Virus record (IMG/VR): IMGVR_UViG_3300028646_000003
Span: 110,086 to 130,085 of that record
Reading direction: 5' to 3' (one strand)
Length of the DNA stretch: 20,000 nt
DNA from: an uncultured virus (IMG/VR IMGVR_UViG_3300028646_000003)
Lineage: Duplodnaviria > Heunggongvirae > Uroviricota > Caudoviricetes
Below, in pieces: positions 17,216 through 20,000 of the stretch. Numbering within the stretch: position 1 is the first letter of the stretch; every line of letters begins with the position of its first letter. Made by a program: the position numbers and the translations under genes. The notes beneath the pieces are model-generated. The model made no database searches and had not been told where the DNA came from. It worked only from the letters and a program-made list of their open reading frames with translations.

Positions 17216-18691
17216 TTATAAAATGAATTGTGAAGCAAATTTACTTACTCCTACAATTTTAGTTGTTTTATTTTTACTTTGTAGATATTCAGTTCCCTTT
17301 TCTTTCATTTCAATTTTTCCTTCTTCAGTACAATGGTGTATTAGAATCTTATTTGTGTTTATTTGACTCCAGTAGCTAAAAATTTCTTCTTGTTGAATGT
17401 GGCTCGAAAATGTTTTCTGAGTAAGAACATCACAACTTTTTATTAATGTACTTCCATCAATTTTAATAGGAGTGCCTATTGGTCTAGTAACTAATTCATG
17501 AGAAATTGAACCTTCAGCTCCGTAATATCCTACGAAACAAATTAGATCTCCTGTAACTCCCATAAAATTTTTAACATAGTCACAACTACGTGTTTTAGGT
17601 TGAACAAATCCACTAGAACTTATGTAAATTCCACATTCTCTTTTAGATAATATTCCCAAAGTACCTTTATATTCTTTATTATAACGAAAATTCTTCCAGT
17701 TTTTTATTCTCTCCCAGTCCTCAAATTCATCATATTTTAATATCTTGCTATAAGTATCACATATAGAATTAGTTAATCTTCCATCAATTGTTACTGGTAT
17801 TTCATTAAACCATTCTTCATCTTTAAAAAACGAATTTATTAAAAATTGTAACTCTTGGGTACGCCCGAAAGAAAAGGAAGGAAAAAATACTCGGTGTCCA
17901 CTTTTTAAATATTTAGTTAAAGTTTCTTTTAGTTCATTTCTTTCTTTTTCTACTAAATTTTTATCAAAGCACTTTTCAGAGTTTGAATAAGTTGCCTCAA
18001 AAACGTACATTGAAGCCTTAGGAATTATATCTCTTTTCTTTACAAATGGTTTATATTTTAAATTGTAATCTGATCCCAAATCGCTTGTGTAAACTAAGGA
18101 TTTTATATTATTGTTAGGTAGTCTAAAAGTAAGTTTCAATTGAGTACCACCTAATACATGTCCAGAATTATAAAATTCATAACTTAACCAATCATCAAAT
18201 TTATATACTTGATGTGTTTCAACTGTTTTTACCTTCTCTAACATCTTATACATATCTAATTCAGTATATAAGTTTTTAGGTCTTTTCCCTTTTGCTTTTA
18301 AACCTTTTATTAAACAATCATGTAAATACACACTATCTTTTAATAATTCTTTAGATATCATTAAACATTCTTCTGTTGTAATTATTTCACCTTTGAATAT
18401 ATCTTGTCCAAATATAGGTGTGTTCCCAATATGGTCTACTCAGACGTGGGAGTGCATTAAAAACACTCCCGAAATACCTCCTACTGGAATATTTTCAACC
18501 ATTTTTTTATTCATTGAATATTCTATCTCTGGTTTTGATTCTCCTTGTATCATGCCACATTCTAGACAAACGCATTTATGTTTGTCATTTCCTATAGGAT
18601 AGCTAATTAATAAAGCAGATCCACAAATATCGTCCCTACTTCCACCGACAAAACTTAAAATTATATCATTATCCTTATTCTTTTTGCTCAT
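17216..18691 (-). CDS. Metallo-beta-lactamase / beta-CASP (CPSF/RNase J-like) hydrolase, interrupted by a 6-nt TGA-led insert in HxHxDH; reconstructed about 489 aa
   Basis: N-terminus LSFVGGSRDDICGSALL, LECGMIQ, FLMHSHV*VDHIG, continuing in frame through TPIFGQ...EECL into the 381-aa ORF with SGHVLG, YTSDLG, EATY, PSFSFGRTQE, SSGF, FSSHI, ILIHH. Confidence 0.9.
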
Positions 18692-18808
18692 AAGTAAGTC
18701 TCCCTCTATTATATATTATGTCTATTGACAAAGTGAATAATAGTCAAAGAGAGACTTAATATAAGTAAAACTCAATTAAATCTCTTTTGATATATCCAAT
18801 TTATTTAA

Positions 18809-19060
18809 TTACTTAACCTTTGGTTCTACATATTTAACTTTAATAATTACTTCTTCATCTTTTAGCTTCTTTTCTATATGTAAATTACCAATTACTAATT
18901 TTTCACCAACTTTTAAGAAATCTGTATATTCTTTTATAACTGCATTTAATTCTGCACCTCGAGCTTCTTCATTGGCTTTAGCGACTCTTGATCTTTCAGC
19001 TTTTGACTTAAATTCTCCTTGTGCGAACAACTCTTCTTTTCTATCTTTATTTAATAACAT
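18809..19060 (-). CDS. Small basic protein, possibly a divergent HU-like DNA-binding protein
   Basis: 83 aa; NK..EEL...FKSKAE...LKVGEKLVIGNLHIEKK echoes the HU helices and first strands, with a shortened beta-arm; GAGGAG RBS. Confidence 0.4.
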   Translation of the reverse strand: MLLNKDRKEELFAQGEFKSKAERSRVAKANEEARGAELNAVIKEYTDFLKVGEKLVIGNLHIEKKLKDEEVIIKVKYVEPKVK

Positions 19061-19167
19061 AATATTTCTCCTCTTTCTCTCTGTTTTAATTTAATTTATT
19101 TATAACCCTTTAATTAGGGATATTTACTATTTGTTTATACATTAATTTGTCATTTAAAAGTTATATT

Positions 19168-19638
19168 TTATATACTTTTGCTTTCAGTAACCCACTTATT
19201 ATCAATTTTTCTAGCATGAATTTCATAATTATACTTCCCAATCTTCATAGGAATAGTTAATCTATCTTCTTCTATAATATAATCATTACTCAGCTCAATT
19301 TTTATAGTAGGTACTTCTTTTTCTACTTTAAATGTTCTATGATTTCTTATTTCATCACCTTTTTGTTCCCAAGTGGCAATATATTCATTATCGCCTTTTT
19401 CTATTTCTCTACCCTCGTAATAATGAGAACTCTTTTCTATCCAAGTTTCTCTAGGTATATTAGCTAATTCCTTTTGTTTCAAAGAAGTTACATCTGCTAA
19501 AGCTCTAATTAGATTCTTATAAGTACCAAAATCCTTATTATCTCTTGAATGTTTGATCTTTTGTAGTAATTCATTTTCTTCGGTTATCAGTGATTCAATT
19601 AAAGAATCTCTATTTTGTTCAATTGTTTTATTATCCAT
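19168..19638 (-). CDS. Hypothetical protein
   Basis: 156-aa ORF with AAGGAGG RBS. Confidence 0.75.
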   Translation of the reverse strand: MDNKTIEQNRDSLIESLITEENELLQKIKHSRDNKDFGTYKNLIRALADVTSLKQKELANIPRETWIEKSSHYYEGREIEKGDNEYIATWEQKGDEIRNHRTFKVEKEVPTIKIELSNDYIIEEDRLTIPMKIGKYNYEIHARKIDNKWVTESKSI

Positions 19639-20000
19639 TTCTATTCCTCCTTGCGTAATCAGTTCGCAACCCTATAATTTATTTAAAACAACAATTAAGT
19701 TGAATTAATCTTATTAAATCTGTATTTCTTTATACATTAATTTATTACAAACTCATATTACTCCTACTTATTTCTTTCTCCAACAAGGCAAGAATACCTG
19801 TTTGTACCTTGCCAATGTCAGGAGAGAGATTAAAATATTAATAAAGGGAGTTATGAAAAATGAATTAATGAAAGGTATTTCGCCCACTTAAGGGCGTTGG
19901 TATAATAAACTCAAAATTGAGCAATACTATCTTTTTATTTTATTTAATTTGTTTTATTTTTTATGTAGGGCAAATATGCTAGGCATAATCTACCCTACTG

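Noticed and set aside
701..18602. Plus-strand ORFs (701-913, 3052-3432, 5673-5948, 6422-6730, 7622-7849, 12781-12984, 15449-15769, 18393-18602)
   Set aside because: Antisense shadows of well-supported minus-strand genes, with F/L/I/S-biased composition and no recognisable motifs
5548..18691. Genome-wide TGA reassignment (genetic code 4 or 25)
   Set aside because: Trp is encoded by TGG in these genes and long ORFs lack internal TGA. Reassignment would not repair the 5-nt frameshift in terL or the HxHxDH spacing in the MBL gene.

Overview
AT-rich window from a large SPbeta-like/Clostridium-type temperate phage or prophage. All credible genes lie on the minus strand. In transcription order (right to left): hypothetical, HU-like protein, MBL/beta-CASP hydrolase, two small ORFs (one YonK-like), a ~670-nt hairpin-rich non-coding tract, tRNA-Ser(GCT), Zn-ribbon protein, metallophosphoesterase, ClpP-like protease, acidic proteins, a small terminase-like P-loop protein, an HTH/RepL-like module, a Zn-finger HNH endonuclease, then terS, terL, portal, prohead protease/scaffold, head decoration protein and major capsid protein. 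The main observation is that three otherwise intact genes are interrupted four times by a TGA at or near catalytic motifs. TerL Walker A reads GGC-[TGAGT]-AAA (5 extra nt). TerL 36 codons later reads CTT-[TGA CAA CTT]-AAA (9 extra nt). The MBL HxHxDH motif reads GTC-[TGA GTA]-GAC (6 extra nt). ClpP reads M-[TGA]-HQ. Two sites have a take-off codon / stop / matching landing codon layout and three sit in hairpins. This suggests a multi-gene programmed recoding system (ribosomal stop-hopping/bypassing, or micro-insert removal from RNA) rather than random decay. That is an inference and needs testing.
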